Below the pieces are notes generated by a model. That model was not told where the DNA came from. It was given only the letters and a program-made list of their open reading frames with translations, and did not search any database. Shown here piece by piece: positions 1 through 11,149 of a DNA stretch of 64,000 nt. This stretch comes from Bacteroidota bacterium (lineage in GTDB: Bacteria; Bacteroidota; Bacteroidia; 2-12-FULL-35-15), in NCBI GenBank assembly GCA_023251835.1, contig JAHEXZ010000022.1, forward strand, positions 251-64,250, given 5' to 3'. Each line of letters starts with the position of its first letter. Positions within the stretch are counted from its first letter, which is position 1. The translations under genes were made by a program, and so were the position numbers.

Positions 1-1
1 A

Positions 2-3000
2 CTCATAGTATTATTTTTTCTAAGCTGTTATTCATGGGGTCAGAATAATATGATTGTAGTAACCAGTGCAGTACCTTCCCAATTGACAATTTGCGGTGCA
101 GCCAAACAATTTACCGTAACCATTTACAATCCAACTCCTTTTGTTATTACCAGCGACACGCTGAAAGTAACTATGCCAACCGGTATAGAATATGAATCCG
201 GATCCATTGCAGGTCCTCCAGGCACCATCTATATTGGTCATTTGTTCCCTAATACAGAAGTTTTTCTTTTGCCTAATATCCCCCTCCTGACAACTATAAC
301 TGTTACATTTAGGGCAAGTGCCAAATGTAATGTACTTAGCTTTATTTCGGGTGGAGGAGTAACAAAAAATAACGTACGTGTTAACTATACCGCTAATGGT
401 ATTCAAGGCTATGATCTGCAAAACACCAACTCTTATCTTGTAAAACAACCTTATCTTACAATAACTACAGTTACAAATCAATCTTATACAGGAAATATAG
501 GAAACGTATTTACACGCTGTATCACCATTGTAAATGCAGGAGCCGGGGAATTAAACAATTTCACATTTACAGATACACATGGTTCGGGGATTCAAATTAA
601 CTCTGTAAATATCGGAACATTATTCCATTTGAATTCAACCTTAGAAAAGGTGGTGATTGACAGCAACCAATTTGCCGGAATTGGTGATGGAGACAAACTC
701 TTTGAAAATGGAGAAAGTATCACCATTTGTGAAACAGTCGCCATTCTTAACTGTGTAGCTGCCTCATCGGCTTTTAAAGCTTTTTGGGGATGTAGTGTAA
801 ACGCTTGTCAGTCAGCCGTTTCGAGTGCCAACATTGTTTTCCCGAACTATATTCCGAATTTGGTTGTTACTCCAATACCTTCTCTGAACTCCTGTATTAC
901 ACAAGCCAGCCTGCAGCAATTAAAAATTGTCAATGCAGGTTTGGGAAAAGCTACCAATATTTCATTGGATATTTTTCAATCTACTGGCGGTGGCTACAAC
1001 AATGCTGTAGGCTCATATATAGATACGGGCAGTTTTACGATACAAACAGGTTTTTCAGGAACACCTTCTTCACTCACTTTCGCAAGCACACAAACCACCT
1101 CCAATTTAGGTTGTATGAACAATAATATAGGTAGGGCTGTTATTAATATAGCAGCTATTAATTCTGGAGATACAATCTATATAAAGTGGAATACCTATAG
1201 TTGCTGCTATAACTTCTGTACAAATATCGGAAAAAGATATGTTAATGGCTGGCGGTACAAAGGAACTTATCAGAATATTTGTTTGAACAACTATGTTATT
1301 TACGAAAACTGGGGAAGGGTATATTCGAATATTTATGCCGATCTAACAGACAATGGTTCGCCTTCCACATTGAGTTATGTACAAACCGGCACTTTTAAAT
1401 TTTTATTTTCAAACTATGGCAATAGTTATCCTGTAGGGTCTGGTGCCTGTTGGAAATTTGAAATCACACTTCCGACCTCCTCCTGTTTAAGTTATGCCGG
1501 AAATCTTCATATCCTAAGATCGAACGGAATTAATACCTGGCTGCCCTCTTCCATAACAACTTCAGGGAATATACTTACTGCCATTTTTAATGCTCCGCCC
1601 CCCTGGAGCCTGGCTCAGGCAGAATTGAAGTTTGATATTTCTCTCGATTGTTCAAATTGTGCGGGGCCTTCCGGCTCAAATGCAATTACTGTAAAATCAT
1701 TTTATATTCCCAATAACACATGCGGTTGTGAAATAGGTGTTTCCTGTTATACCCTTCCATTAAATATCAATTGTCCTGCTCCCTGTGTAGGAATGGAATT
1801 TACCTATTTCAGTTTGAAACGTACCAACTTCGGTTTACCTGACAATGAACCTGGTGGAGGAAATGGTTTACCAGATGGCAGCGGGAGCCTTGATTTTACG
1901 AAAGTAAAAGCCATCAGGGCAATGTATGGGGATACGGTTAAGGCTTCCTTTAACGGCAGGATTAAAACCAATCTTACCTATCCTAACTGGCAGTATTGCT
2001 TTGCCCGGGAACGTTTGTCGAATGGCAACCGTGTAACGTACCTTGACGCAGAGTTAAGAATATACCGTAACGACTCTTTGCTTGCTACCTGTAATAGTTT
2101 TACACCAGTAGTTACAGATAGCAGCAGTACCAGAATTTTTAAATACAATCTCAGTAATTCTATACTTGGCTCCTGTTTTCCCGGTCCCTATATAGACAAC
2201 GATTCTGTTGTATTTGAGCCTCGTTATAAAGTCACTTCCAATATTGGCAATTCTGCTCCGTTGCTTTGCTATTCCTCGAACTACTATTATGTAAGTGATA
2301 TTCCCAACCCTGATCCTGACCTCAGCCCTAAAATAGATTCAACCCATAAGTTTCAATGTGGTACCTACAATGGTAGTTGTTCCATTATCGGCTATTTTTA
2401 CCGCAGCTGGGATCCTGAAGGGTACGATACCAAGTCCTGTAACAATGTTGTTTTGTCACAAAGCTATTATCTAAGCATTGGTCCCGGAGATAACAACTAT
2501 GCAGGCGGAAATCTGTTTCCATACGAGTACCGTAATTGGGCACATATAGAAAATCTAAAAGCGATCATTCCAAGTGGATATACCTATATTTCAGCTCGCT
2601 TTAAAGAATCCAGAACCGCAGGAACTTTAACTCAGTATACCAGCCCATGGATAAATCTTAGCCCGGTCGACTCTACTTCCGATACAATCGATTTTCCTGT
2701 AGAACAATATTTTCAGGGTTATGGAGGTACGCAGTTGTCCCTAAGTGATGATGGGTTTGACGGAACCTTGGAAGTAACCATCCAGCCAAGCTGCGAGGTA
2801 ACCCCAGGCATATACCAGGATATACAGTATGATTGGAATTTTAAAGCTATTCCTCCTTTAACAGGTGCGGGAAGCGATACCACATTCATATCAAAACTCG
2901 ATGACCATGTTGTGTACGATCCGCCAGACCTGTTTGTACAATCATTATTGCCTTCTGTGTTTGCCCTTAACACAACCACAGCCTGGGACATCAGCATTTC

Positions 3001-6000
3001 CAATACTTCGAATGTATCTGATGCGTTAAATGCCTGGTTGAGTGCACCGGTGATTTCCGGAGTATCCATTGTTCAGGTGTTTGACCTGGATAGTAATGTT
3101 ACTATTCCTCTAACGGGCAATACGTATCAATTAGGTACTGTTAATGCATCATCGATGCGTAATTTCAGGTTAACCGGAACATTTACGTCCTGTTCTGTAG
3201 ACAGTATTATTGTTTATTCCGGCTGGAACTGCCATGATGGTTATCCTGCAAGTGTGGATACATATCCATGTACACCCGAAAGAATTGCACTTACACTCAC
3301 CCCACTTACACCTGCCTTCTCAGTGAACAGTACGGGACCCGGGGTAATTGATCTATGTGACACGGTAGAATATCTGTCTGAAGGCACCAATATACAGCTT
3401 GGTACCGGCTACAATATGATTTTCAGGGCCAATTTGCCGGCAGGTTCCTCTTATGTGACAAATTCTTCCAAACTCAGTTACCCGGATACAAATTCTTATC
3501 ACTTTATTCCAAACCCAACTATTTCGGGTGATACACTTACATGGAACATATCAAGTTCCGATAGTCTTCTGGGTATTGATGGATTGAAAGGACTTCTGAA
3601 TGACAGTTTAAATTCATTCAGAATCAAATTTAAAATTGCTACGCTGCCGGATTGTAATTTTGTACCCGGAAGCAGTATATATTTTGTGCTTTTGGGAGAA
3701 GCAGCCTGCGGGCTTTCTACTGAGCTGGACGTATCCCTGTCTCCGCCCATATACATTACCGGAGCCACGCAGCCTTATACTACCGCAATTAATATAACCA
3801 CTACTTACCTTTCGCCCTGCGCTGATAACTCTACCATGCATATAGCAGTTCATAACCTGGGACCTCCTTCATTCGGCAGCACAGATTCTTTGCTTATTAA
3901 ACTGCCTGTCGGTGTTTTCTTCATTACCGGATCCTTTGCCGGTATCCATAACGCTCCTACCAACGGTACACCTGTACAATATACTTCCGGTGGAAATACC
4001 TATTTGATCTGGAGATTGCCTGCGGGAACAGCAGCCGGAGACAGCACCATATTTTCGTTTGATTACAGCGGTGACCCTCATGATCTCTCCTGCAGTATTG
4101 TATTTTTTGAAGCCAAAACCTATAGCATTAGCGTTCTTACCTGCATTGGATCAGGACTTACGTGTGTAACCAATATTACCACTGGAGATACAACACTTGC
4201 TGTTTTCACCTATAAAGCATATTTGTCGCTTACCAATGCAAATAGTACGGCTATACCTTATGCACCCAGCCAGGAAATTGTTACCATGTATTTTGATATT
4301 ACAAATACTGGGCAGGCCATCTTATCAAATGCTGATTCAATCATACAGTTTTACTATGATGCAAATGGAAATGGCCTGTATGATACTTCCGATGTATTCC
4401 TGACCCAGGATACTGTTGTTATTCCTAAAGACACTACGATACATTATTCTAAAATACTGCATATAAATGCAGGGCAGACCTGTTCTATAATTGCTATAGT
4501 TGATCCTGCCGTTAATCCCTGTGTCTGTAACCCTGCCCAAATACAGCTACAACCACCGTTGTTAAGTTTAAACAATGATAGCACCTTATGTTCGGGAGCA
4601 ACCCTTCCTATTGGAACATCCACTATAATTGGTTACACATACAATTGGGCTCCACCAACGGGTTTAAATGATACCACCATTGCCAACCCTATACTTACCA
4701 CTTCAAATTCAACAAATGCACCGGTTGCAACTACTTACATACTCACTACTAACCGGATTGGCTGTAGCTCAAATGACACAATAGTGATTACGGTAAATCC
4801 AATTCCGGCATCCAATGCAGGTCCGGATATTGATATATGCCCGAACGATACCGGGCAGCTGGGCAGCGGATCCACTCCTGGCTATGCCTATCTTTGGTCA
4901 CCTTCAGCAGGAATTAGCGACACCACCTTGTCATATCCAACAGTTATATTGAATAGTCCCGGCACAAGCACCTACGTTGTAACTGCCACTTCCTTCGGTT
5001 GTATTTCTACTGATAGTGTTCTTGTAACAGTTAATCCTATTCCTATATCTGATGCAGGCCCGGACATACTCGGCTGTGCTACAGCAATCCCCGAAAATAT
5101 AGGAACTACAGCTACTACAGGTTATACTTATCAATGGACACCTGGTTCCGGATTGAGTGATTCAACGGATTCGAATCCGGACATAACACTGCTTACACCC
5201 GATACGCTCACCTATATTGTCACAACAACGGCTCTTGGCTGTTTTTCATCTGATACGGTTTCAGTTACCATAAACCCTTTACCAACTGCAACAATCATCG
5301 GAACTATTACTGTTTGTAAAAATGCTCCGGCACCACGTATTACTTTCACAGGGGCCAATGGTACAGCACCATATACATTCACATATATACTCAATAACGG
5401 GGGAAACCAAACAATAACAACCAGCAATAGTGATACCGTGAGCATAACCGTTTCTACAGCCATTGCAGACACGTTTAAATACACGCTGGTAAATGTGCAG
5501 GAATCAAGTTCAACCGCTTGTTCACAATTGCAAAATAGCAGCGCCACAGTTACTATAAATCCACTGCCTTCGGCAACCATTACAGGCACTGCACAGGTTT
5601 GTATAAATGATCAGCCACCCACTGTCACATTTACCGGGGCTTCGGGAACTGCTCCATATACGTTTACATACACAATTAACGGAGGAAACAACCAAACGAT
5701 TACCACTACTATTGGGGATAGTATAGACATTCCTGTTTCAACAGCCATAGCTGACACCTTCATATATATACTGTTAAGTGTGCAGGATGCAAGTTCTACC
5801 GCTTGTTTGCAACTACAGCCCGACACTGCAACAATTATTATTGACCCACTGCCGGTGGCTGATTTTGGTTTTGATAATGTTTGCTTTCAGGAAGATATAT
5901 ACTTTAACGATTCCTCCATTATTGCCAGCGGCTCTATTAATTCATGGTCTTGGGATTTTGGAGATAGTAGTTCTTCATACACTGCTCAAAATCCTGTTTA

Positions 6001-7177
6001 CATTTATCAAAGCCCTGGAACATATACTGTTTCATTAATTGTAACAACCACTGATGGCTGTAAAGATACCCTGGTTAAAACCGCTGTGGTGCACCCATTG
6101 CCCGATGCCCAATTTTATACTTCACCCACAGCCATTGGAATATGTGATGGTACAACTATTCTTTTTAACGATACTTCAACTGTTGCCAGTCCGGATGTGA
6201 TACAGTCATGGAACTGGAATTTCGGGGATGGAAGCCCGGTGAACATTAATCAGAATGTATCTCATTTATATGCTGCCACAAACCCTTACACTGTTCAGTT
6301 AAATGTAGCTTCCGACTTTGGTTGTATTGATTCAATTGCAAAACCAATTACTATAAACCCTAAACCTGTTGTTAACTTCTCTGGTGACCCTGTTGCGGGC
6401 TGTGAACCGTTATGCGTTTCTTTCATTGATTCATCTATTATTTCAACAGGCAATAATGTTTATTGGACATGGAATGTAGGTGATGGCGCTATCATCACTA
6501 ATTCTCAAAGTTTTGAGCATTGCTACACAGATGATTCGGTCTTTTCTCTACTGTCATTCAACATTTTATTAACCGTTACTTCTGATAGCGGGTGTGTCGA
6601 CTCTTTATCCAGAAGTAATTATATTACCGTATATCCTGCCTCATCTGCTGATTTCACAGTTGAACCTGAAACTACTACTGTTGTTAACACACTCATTTCA
6701 TTTGTTAATTTATCTACCGGTGCAACACAATGGAACTGGGATTTTGGGGATGAAGCTGGTTCAAACATTACTAATCCGGGCACCCATAATTATCCAACAG
6801 ATACCGGGACATATCAAATAACACTGATCACTTCAACACAATACGGTTGTAAAGATACAGCATATAAAACCGTAATAATTGAAGGCGATTTTTCATTTTA
6901 TATTCCTAATGCTTTTACACCAAATGGAGATAATATAAATGATTTCTTTTATGGAAAGGGGGTTGGCATAAAAGAGTACGACCTATGGATATTCGACCGC
7001 TGGGGCAACATGATTTATCGTGGACAAGAGATACCGGTAGAAAACTCAAGATGGGATGGCAGGGCCAATGTTGGAAAGGATATAGCTCAAATGGATGTTT
7101 ATACCTGGAAAGTAGCCATCACTGATATTTTCAATAATAAACATAAATACATCGGAACGGTAACGCTTGTAAGATAA
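2..7177 (+). CDS. Giant T9SS type-B cargo (gliding-motility-associated C-terminal domain) with Ig-like and PKD repeats; 5' end truncated by window
   Basis: Frame is open from base 2 (LIVLFFLSCYSWGQNN, signal-peptide-like) so the true start is upstream of the window. PKD motifs (WSWDFGD, WNWNFGDG, WNWDFGD). Type-B CTD FYIPNAFTPNGDNINDFF...IFDRWG...WDG...YIGTVTLVR. Confidence 0.9.
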   Translation, partial: LIVLFFLSCYSWGQNNMIVVTSAVPSQLTICGAAKQFTVTIYNPTPFVITSDTLKVTMPTGIEYESGSIAGPPGTIYIGHLFPNTEVFLLPNIPLLTTITVTFRASAKCNVLSFISGGGVTKNNVRVNYTANGIQGYDLQNTNSYLVKQPYLTITTVTNQSYTGNIGNVFTRCITIVNAGAGELNNFTFTDTHGSGIQINSVNIGTLFHLNSTLEKVVIDSNQFAGIGDGDKLFENGESITICETVAILNCVAASSAFKAFWGCSVNACQSAVSSANIVFPNYIPNLVVTPIPSLNSCITQASLQQLKIVNAGLGKATNISLDIFQSTGGGYNNAVGSYIDTGSFTIQTGFSGTPSSLTFASTQTTSNLGCMNNNIGRAVINIAAINSGDTIYIKWNTYSCCYNFCTNIGKRYVNGWRYKGTYQNICLNNYVIYENWGRVYSNIYADLTDNGSPSTLSYVQTGTFKFLFSNYGNSYPVGSGACWKFEITLPTSSCLSYAGNLHILRSNGINTWLPSSITTSGNILTAIFNAPPPWSLAQAELKFDISLDCSNCAGPSGSNAITVKSFYIPNNTCGCEIGVSCYTLPLNINCPAPCVGMEFTYFSLKRTNFGLPDNEPGGGNGLPDGSGSLDFTKVKAIRAMYGDTVKASFNGRIKTNLTYPNWQYCFARERLSNGNRVTYLDAELRIYRNDSLLATCNSFTPVVTDSSSTRIFKYNLSNSILGSCFPGPYIDNDSVVFEPRYKVTSNIGNSAPLLCYSSNYYYVSDIPNPDPDLSPKIDSTHKFQCGTYNGSCSIIGYFYRSWDPEGYDTKSCNNVVLSQSYYLSIGPGDNNYAGGNLFPYEYRNWAHIENLKAIIPSGYTYISARFKESRTAGTLTQYTSPWINLSPVDSTSDTIDFPVEQYFQGYGGTQLSLSDDGFDGTLEVTIQPSCEVTPGIYQDIQYDWNFKAIPPLTGAGSDTTFISKLDDHVVYDPPDLFVQSLLPSVFALNTTTAWDISISNTSNVSDALNAWLSAPVISGVSIVQVFDLDSNVTIPLTGNTYQLGTVNASSMRNFRLTGTFTSCSVDSIIVYSGWNCHDGYPASVDTYPCTPERIALTLTPLTPAFSVNSTGPGVIDLCDTVEYLSEGTNIQLGTGYNMIFRANLPAGSSYVTNSSKLSYPDTNSYHFIPNPTISGDTLTWNISSSDSLLGIDGLKGLLNDSLNSFRIKFKIATLPDCNFVPGSSIYFVLLGEAACGLSTELDVSLSPPIYITGATQPYTTAINITTTYLSPCADNSTMHIAVHNLGPPSFGSTDSLLIKLPVGVFFITGSFAGIHNAPTNGTPVQYTSGGNTYLIWRLPAGTAAGDSTIFSFDYSGDPHDLSCSIVFFEAKTYSISVLTCIGSGLTCVTNITTGDTTLAVFTYKAYLSLTNANSTAIPYAPSQEIVTMYFDITNTGQAILSNADSIIQFYYDANGNGLYDTSDVFLTQDTVVIPKDTTIHYSKILHINAGQTCSIIAIVDPAVNPCVCNPAQIQLQPPLLSLNNDSTLCSGATLPIGTSTIIGYTYNWAPPTGLNDTTIANPILTTSNSTNAPVATTYILTTNRIGCSSNDTIVITVNPIPASNAGPDIDICPNDTGQLGSGSTPGYAYLWSPSAGISDTTLSYPTVILNSPGTSTYVVTATSFGCISTDSVLVTVNPIPISDAGPDILGCATAIPENIGTTATTGYTYQWTPGSGLSDSTDSNPDITLLTPDTLTYIVTTTALGCFSSDTVSVTINPLPTATIIGTITVCKNAPAPRITFTGANGTAPYTFTYILNNGGNQTITTSNSDTVSITVSTAIADTFKYTLVNVQESSSTACSQLQNSSATVTINPLPSATITGTAQVCINDQPPTVTFTGASGTAPYTFTYTINGGNNQTITTTIGDSIDIPVSTAIADTFIYILLSVQDASSTACLQLQPDTATIIIDPLPVADFGFDNVCFQEDIYFNDSSIIASGSINSWSWDFGDSSSSYTAQNPVYIYQSPGTYTVSLIVTTTDGCKDTLVKTAVVHPLPDAQFYTSPTAIGICDGTTILFNDTSTVASPDVIQSWNWNFGDGSPVNINQNVSHLYAATNPYTVQLNVASDFGCIDSIAKPITINPKPVVNFSGDPVAGCEPLCVSFIDSSIISTGNNVYWTWNVGDGAIITNSQSFEHCYTDDSVFSLLSFNILLTVTSDSGCVDSLSRSNYITVYPASSADFTVEPETTTVVNTLISFVNLSTGATQWNWDFGDEAGSNITNPGTHNYPTDTGTYQITLITSTQYGCKDTAYKTVIIEGDFSFYIPNAFTPNGDNINDFFYGKGVGIKEYDLWIFDRWGNMIYRGQEIPVENSRWDGRANVGKDIAQMDVYTWKVAITDIFNNKHKYIGTVTLVR

Positions 7178-7274
7178 AATCAGTAGAAAATATTTGATGA
7201 TAATTTTACATTCAACCAAAAAGTCTCAATCTCAAAAAGGTTTTTAGCTTAAGACAAAAGAAGGCAGTATGTGA

Positions 7275-8756
7275 CTAATAAATAACAATTTTTTTCACCA
7301 TACTATTCCTGTCTGATAAAAGTCTTAAATAATAAACCCCGGAGGCTTGTGCGCTCAAATCAAGCAGGTATTCCGTTCTATCTCCAAAAAATTCTTTCTC
7401 CTGTATTGTTTTACCTAATGAATTTATTATAATAAACCTGTTAACTCTATGGTTGGGAGTTAAACGTAAAGTAAATTCCCCATAAGACGGATTGGGATAA
7501 ATCAAATCGGATTCTTTAATTCTATCTGCTTGTATTCCCAAAGATTGATCGAAAAAGAATCTGCCAATATCAGAGCTGGAACCATCCGGATCATTTGCAA
7601 AAGCAGGGTCTCCCATATCAATAGCAGCAGAGCCGGGCAATATATGAAAATCCCCGTTAGGGTTAGATACCGGATAGATAAACATAGGATTACCGGTAAT
7701 ATTGCCTGTTCCAGGGAGCAACGTATCATTTGCCAGAGAATAGGATATAGATAAAAAAGCTGTAGAATCAACATTCCAGGCAGTATCAGAATCAGCAATA
7801 ATACAATTGGTTACCGTTAAATGACCCGGTCCCCATATTTGATTCAAGTGATTATATGAATTAACACCCACCCTGTTATGGAACAATGTATTATGATCAG
7901 CCACCACATGAGCTCCTGATTTGGCACCTATACCCAGGCCACAACCAACAATAACGTTATGATTTATATTTACATTCATACAGTATTCTCCATCAGAAAC
8001 ACCTTTATTAAGCAGATTAAAAATATAATTTCCTTCAATAATTACGGTATCACAACCAATACTATCGGTTTGGCCTATATCAAATCCATCGTCTCCTCCT
8101 CCATAGAGATAGTTATTGGTAAATGAAATATTATTTGAGGCATCAAAATCAATATTATCATTATCGCCAAATGTCATACGAAGTGTGCAACCATCAATAA
8201 CTGCTCCATTGCAATATTGACCGTGAATTTTTTCTCCGGTATTTGTTGAATCAAGAATACAATCTTTTATCAGAATATTAGGACATTGGTACAAGGAAAT
8301 ACAACGCAGATTATTTTTAAAACGACAATTTTTTACTTCTAAAGTAGAATAATACCCATATATTGCACCAGGCTCCTGCTGGCTGTATACACTATATCTT
8401 GCATTTTCAAAAATCACATAATCAAATGTTGATTTTTGATTAAGGGCGCTGTCCAATAAAATATTTCCCCAAATAGTATCCTTTGCATGAATATAAACAG
8501 GTTGAGCAGCCGTACCCAAAAAGCTGACCTTGCCTTTTACAATAAGATGCGTATTCTCCGCCATTTTAATTTCCACTCCGGGATCAACAGTTAAACTACA
8601 GCCAGGTGCTATAGTAATAGAGGTATCAATAATATAAGGTGAACCGGTTATGGTTAATACCTCTCCACAGCCAAGCACTGAAGGCAAATAGGTTTGCCCG
8701 AGAAACGGTGTTGAAATGAGCAATGTTAACTGAAAAATAAATATGTTTTTTTTCAT
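7275..8756 (-). CDS. Right-handed parallel beta-helix protein with T9SS type-A sorting domain
   Basis: Signal peptide; repeated beta-helix strands (DGFDIG, NIIVGC, NTLFHN); CTD IYPNPSYGEF...GVYYLRL...KKIVIY. Confidence 0.85.
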   Translation of the reverse strand: MKKNIFIFQLTLLISTPFLGQTYLPSVLGCGEVLTITGSPYIIDTSITIAPGCSLTVDPGVEIKMAENTHLIVKGKVSFLGTAAQPVYIHAKDTIWGNILLDSALNQKSTFDYVIFENARYSVYSQQEPGAIYGYYSTLEVKNCRFKNNLRCISLYQCPNILIKDCILDSTNTGEKIHGQYCNGAVIDGCTLRMTFGDNDNIDFDASNNISFTNNYLYGGGDDGFDIGQTDSIGCDTVIIEGNYIFNLLNKGVSDGEYCMNVNINHNVIVGCGLGIGAKSGAHVVADHNTLFHNRVGVNSYNHLNQIWGPGHLTVTNCIIADSDTAWNVDSTAFLSISYSLANDTLLPGTGNITGNPMFIYPVSNPNGDFHILPGSAAIDMGDPAFANDPDGSSSDIGRFFFDQSLGIQADRIKESDLIYPNPSYGEFTLRLTPNHRVNRFIIINSLGKTIQEKEFFGDRTEYLLDLSAQASGVYYLRLLSDRNSMVKKIVIY

Positions 8757-8945
8757 GTGTAGAACTCTTTTGATTATCCCATATATATAATTATGGCTTT
8801 TACTATAATATTCAATACAGCTAAATAGCCTAAAAATAATGTGCCTGTTTTTCTATTCAATGTGATATAATGAAAAAAGTTCCAGCTCTCTCCATTTCTC
8901 TCCATTTTATGGGCACAATTTTTACATTGTTTCTCATAAGTAAGC

Positions 8946-9632
8946 ATGGAAAATATGGAACGCGTAAAAAAAGTAATCCATTCAATAACCGGTAATTTTT
9001 TCCTCAAAAGGGTTACTCCATTGCCTTCCACAATGCAACTTTTAAAAGACCTTTATCCCACAATTGATTGGACCAGAGTACATTTTTATGAAGGATTGCC
9101 CTGGTTTACACCTCTGATTGCCCCTTATGTTAATGCACAGGCATTACCACACTTTTACTCATTTAGTCGTTTCAATATATACATCCGAAAATTTGATGAG
9201 TCGCGAATACAATGTGTAAGTGATATTGTTCACGAAGCGTTTCATGTCCTGCAAGCCATGAAGTTCTGGAAAGGATATGGATTAGGGATAATAAGAGGAT
9301 TTACTATTTATTATAGTGCTGTTTTCGCAAAACACGGATACAGAAACAATCTTTTTGAAATTACCGCATACGACCAGGAATTCCGCTTTCTGGATTTTTG
9401 TGAAAAACATCACCAGCACGGAATTGTGCCCGAAGCAGATGCCCGTATATTTCAAGATGTTCCTATGGAAGCTTCGCTCATTTTCAGAAATTTCTCATTT
9501 CAATACCAAAGAAATTATTTGCTACTTATCTTAAGCTTTATAGTATGTCTGCTACTTGCAGCAATTAAACCGATCATAGATGTATTCATATTTTTAATCG
9601 GTTTTATAATTCCGGAAAAAACCTCACTATAA
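8946..9632 (+). CDS. DUF4157-like HExxH putative metallopeptidase with C-terminal membrane helix
   Basis: DIVHEAFHVLQ motif, downstream NNLFEITAY, hydrophobic C-terminal segment. Confidence 0.6.
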   Translation: MENMERVKKVIHSITGNFFLKRVTPLPSTMQLLKDLYPTIDWTRVHFYEGLPWFTPLIAPYVNAQALPHFYSFSRFNIYIRKFDESRIQCVSDIVHEAFHVLQAMKFWKGYGLGIIRGFTIYYSAVFAKHGYRNNLFEITAYDQEFRFLDFCEKHHQHGIVPEADARIFQDVPMEASLIFRNFSFQYQRNYLLLILSFIVCLLLAAIKPIIDVFIFLIGFIIPEKTSL

Positions 9633-9643
9633 TTCAACTGAAT

Positions 9644-9667
9644 GAGTTTGCGAAAGACGGTAAACTC
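9644..9667. repeat. Short hairpin GAGTTTGC-N8-GTAAACTC, related to the hairpin at 19237-19278
   Basis: Inverted repeat just after the stop at 9632; shares the AATGAGTTTGC arm with the second copy. Confidence 0.5.
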
Positions 9668-9751
9668 CCCTTCTCCTAACTAAAACCACTCTTAAAAAAT
9701 AAAATCTAAAGTAAAGATTTACAGAAAGTTATAAAAAAATTTGCATCTGAT

Positions 9752-9778
9752 TAAACTTTAGTATTTTTAGTACGTCTA
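9752..9778 (+). promoter_or_regulatory. Putative ECF sigma-dependent (autoregulatory) promoter
   Basis: TAAAC (9752-9756), 16-bp spacer, CGTCTA (9773-9778), 18 nt before the ECF gene; fits the AAC-N16/17-CGT ECF pattern. Confidence 0.6.
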
Positions 9779-9796
9779 ACAATTAAAATAAGATTT

Positions 9797-10339
9797 ATGC
9801 AACACACAGATCAGGAGATAATAGACCTGTTTCGCGACAAAGAATCAAGAAATCTGGCTATTCAATCTATGATAAAACAATACCAGGTAAGGTTATACTG
9901 GCACATCAGGCGAATAGTAATAGATCACGATGATACAGATGATGTCTTACAAAATACATTTATTAAAGCATGGAAAGGGATGGAAAATTTCAAAGGAGAA
10001 GCAAAAATATATACCTGGCTATTCAGAATTGGTACAAATGAGTCAATTACTTTTTTAAGACAAAAACGTTCGAACTTAAGCTCAATTCATCCAATTGAAT
10101 ACCATTTAAGTAATTCGATTTCTTCTGATCCATATTTCAAAGGAGAAGAAATACAGTTAAAACTACAAAAGGCAATTTTATCTCTACCGGAAAAACAACG
10201 TATTGTATTTAACATGCGCTATTATGATGAAATGCCTTACGAAAAAATGTCGGAGATTTTAGAAACTTCAGTTGGTGCGCTAAAAGCATCTTATCATATA
10301 GCAGCAAAAAAAATTGAAGAACAATTGTTAAACCATTAA
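9797..10339 (+). CDS. ECF-family RNA polymerase sigma-70 factor
   Basis: Region 2 (DDTDDVLQNTFIKAW...TWLFRIGTNE) and region 4 (LPEKQRIVFNMRYYDEMPYEKMSEILETSVGALKASYH). Confidence 0.95.
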   Translation: MQHTDQEIIDLFRDKESRNLAIQSMIKQYQVRLYWHIRRIVIDHDDTDDVLQNTFIKAWKGMENFKGEAKIYTWLFRIGTNESITFLRQKRSNLSSIHPIEYHLSNSISSDPYFKGEEIQLKLQKAILSLPEKQRIVFNMRYYDEMPYEKMSEILETSVGALKASYHIAAKKIEEQLLNH

Positions 10340-10351
10340 ACAAAGGAACTC

Positions 10352-11149
10352 ATGGAAAATAATTACGATAACCTTTCAGAAGAAATTTTTTTACCTGGCA
10401 TTGGTAAAGAAAATCCTTTTGTACATCCTGAAGGTTATTTTGACTCTTTTTCTGCCCGTATGCTGAACAGGATTGAGTTTGAACAAGAGCTGGAAGAATA
10501 CAAAACCTTAGCAGGAATAGATCGGCAGTTGAAGTTTGCTGTTCCCATAAATTACTTTCAATCACTTGAAAATATACTGGAATATAAATACGAATTATCG
10601 CTTTACCCTGAACTTAACAAAATACCCAAAGAACCTATAAAGGACTTACCACATGATTATTTTGAGACGCTGGATAAAAAAATTATGAATCGCTTGGAAC
10701 TATCCTCGGAATTAAATGAGTTCAGGGTTTTGTCTTCATTAGAAAAGAAAAACAACTTTTCCGTGGTTCCCGATTATTTTGATAACAACGTATCTAGGGC
10801 AGAAGAAAAATATCAGGCAGCAAACCGCCCTGTTATAAGTATTTTCAAACAAATACAAGTCACCCTCTTACAACCCAAAATGGCTTATGCTGCCGGACTG
10901 GCCTTATTGATAAGTCTTTCGGCAATATGGTATTTTAAGAAAAATGACTCTCCTTTTCAAACAACAGGTGACTGCAAAACACTGGCGTGCGTTGAAAAGC
11001 GTGAATTGCTTAATGAAAAAACCATCGGTGATTTTGACGATGAGAGTTTATATGATATGGTAGATGTAGATCAATTAGATAAAAATGTATCAGAGGATGA
11101 TAATAGTAGTAGTAGTATGGACTCAACAAGAAAGGATATAAAAGAATGA
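10352..11149 (+). CDS. Putative anti-sigma membrane protein with four FxxPxxYF repeats
   Basis: Directly after the ECF gene; ENPFVHPEGYF N-terminal motif; single TM helix (AYAAGLALLISLSAIWYF). Confidence 0.6.
   Translation: MENNYDNLSEEIFLPGIGKENPFVHPEGYFDSFSARMLNRIEFEQELEEYKTLAGIDRQLKFAVPINYFQSLENILEYKYELSLYPELNKIPKEPIKDLPHDYFETLDKKIMNRLELSSELNEFRVLSSLEKKNNFSVVPDYFDNNVSRAEEKYQAANRPVISIFKQIQVTLLQPKMAYAAGLALLISLSAIWYFKKNDSPFQTTGDCKTLACVEKRELLNEKTIGDFDDESLYDMVDVDQLDKNVSEDDNSSSSMDSTRKDIKE

Noticed and set aside
11101-11116. (AGT)n microsatellite encoding SSSS
   Set aside because: In-frame trinucleotide run in a disordered tail; no phase-variation potential.
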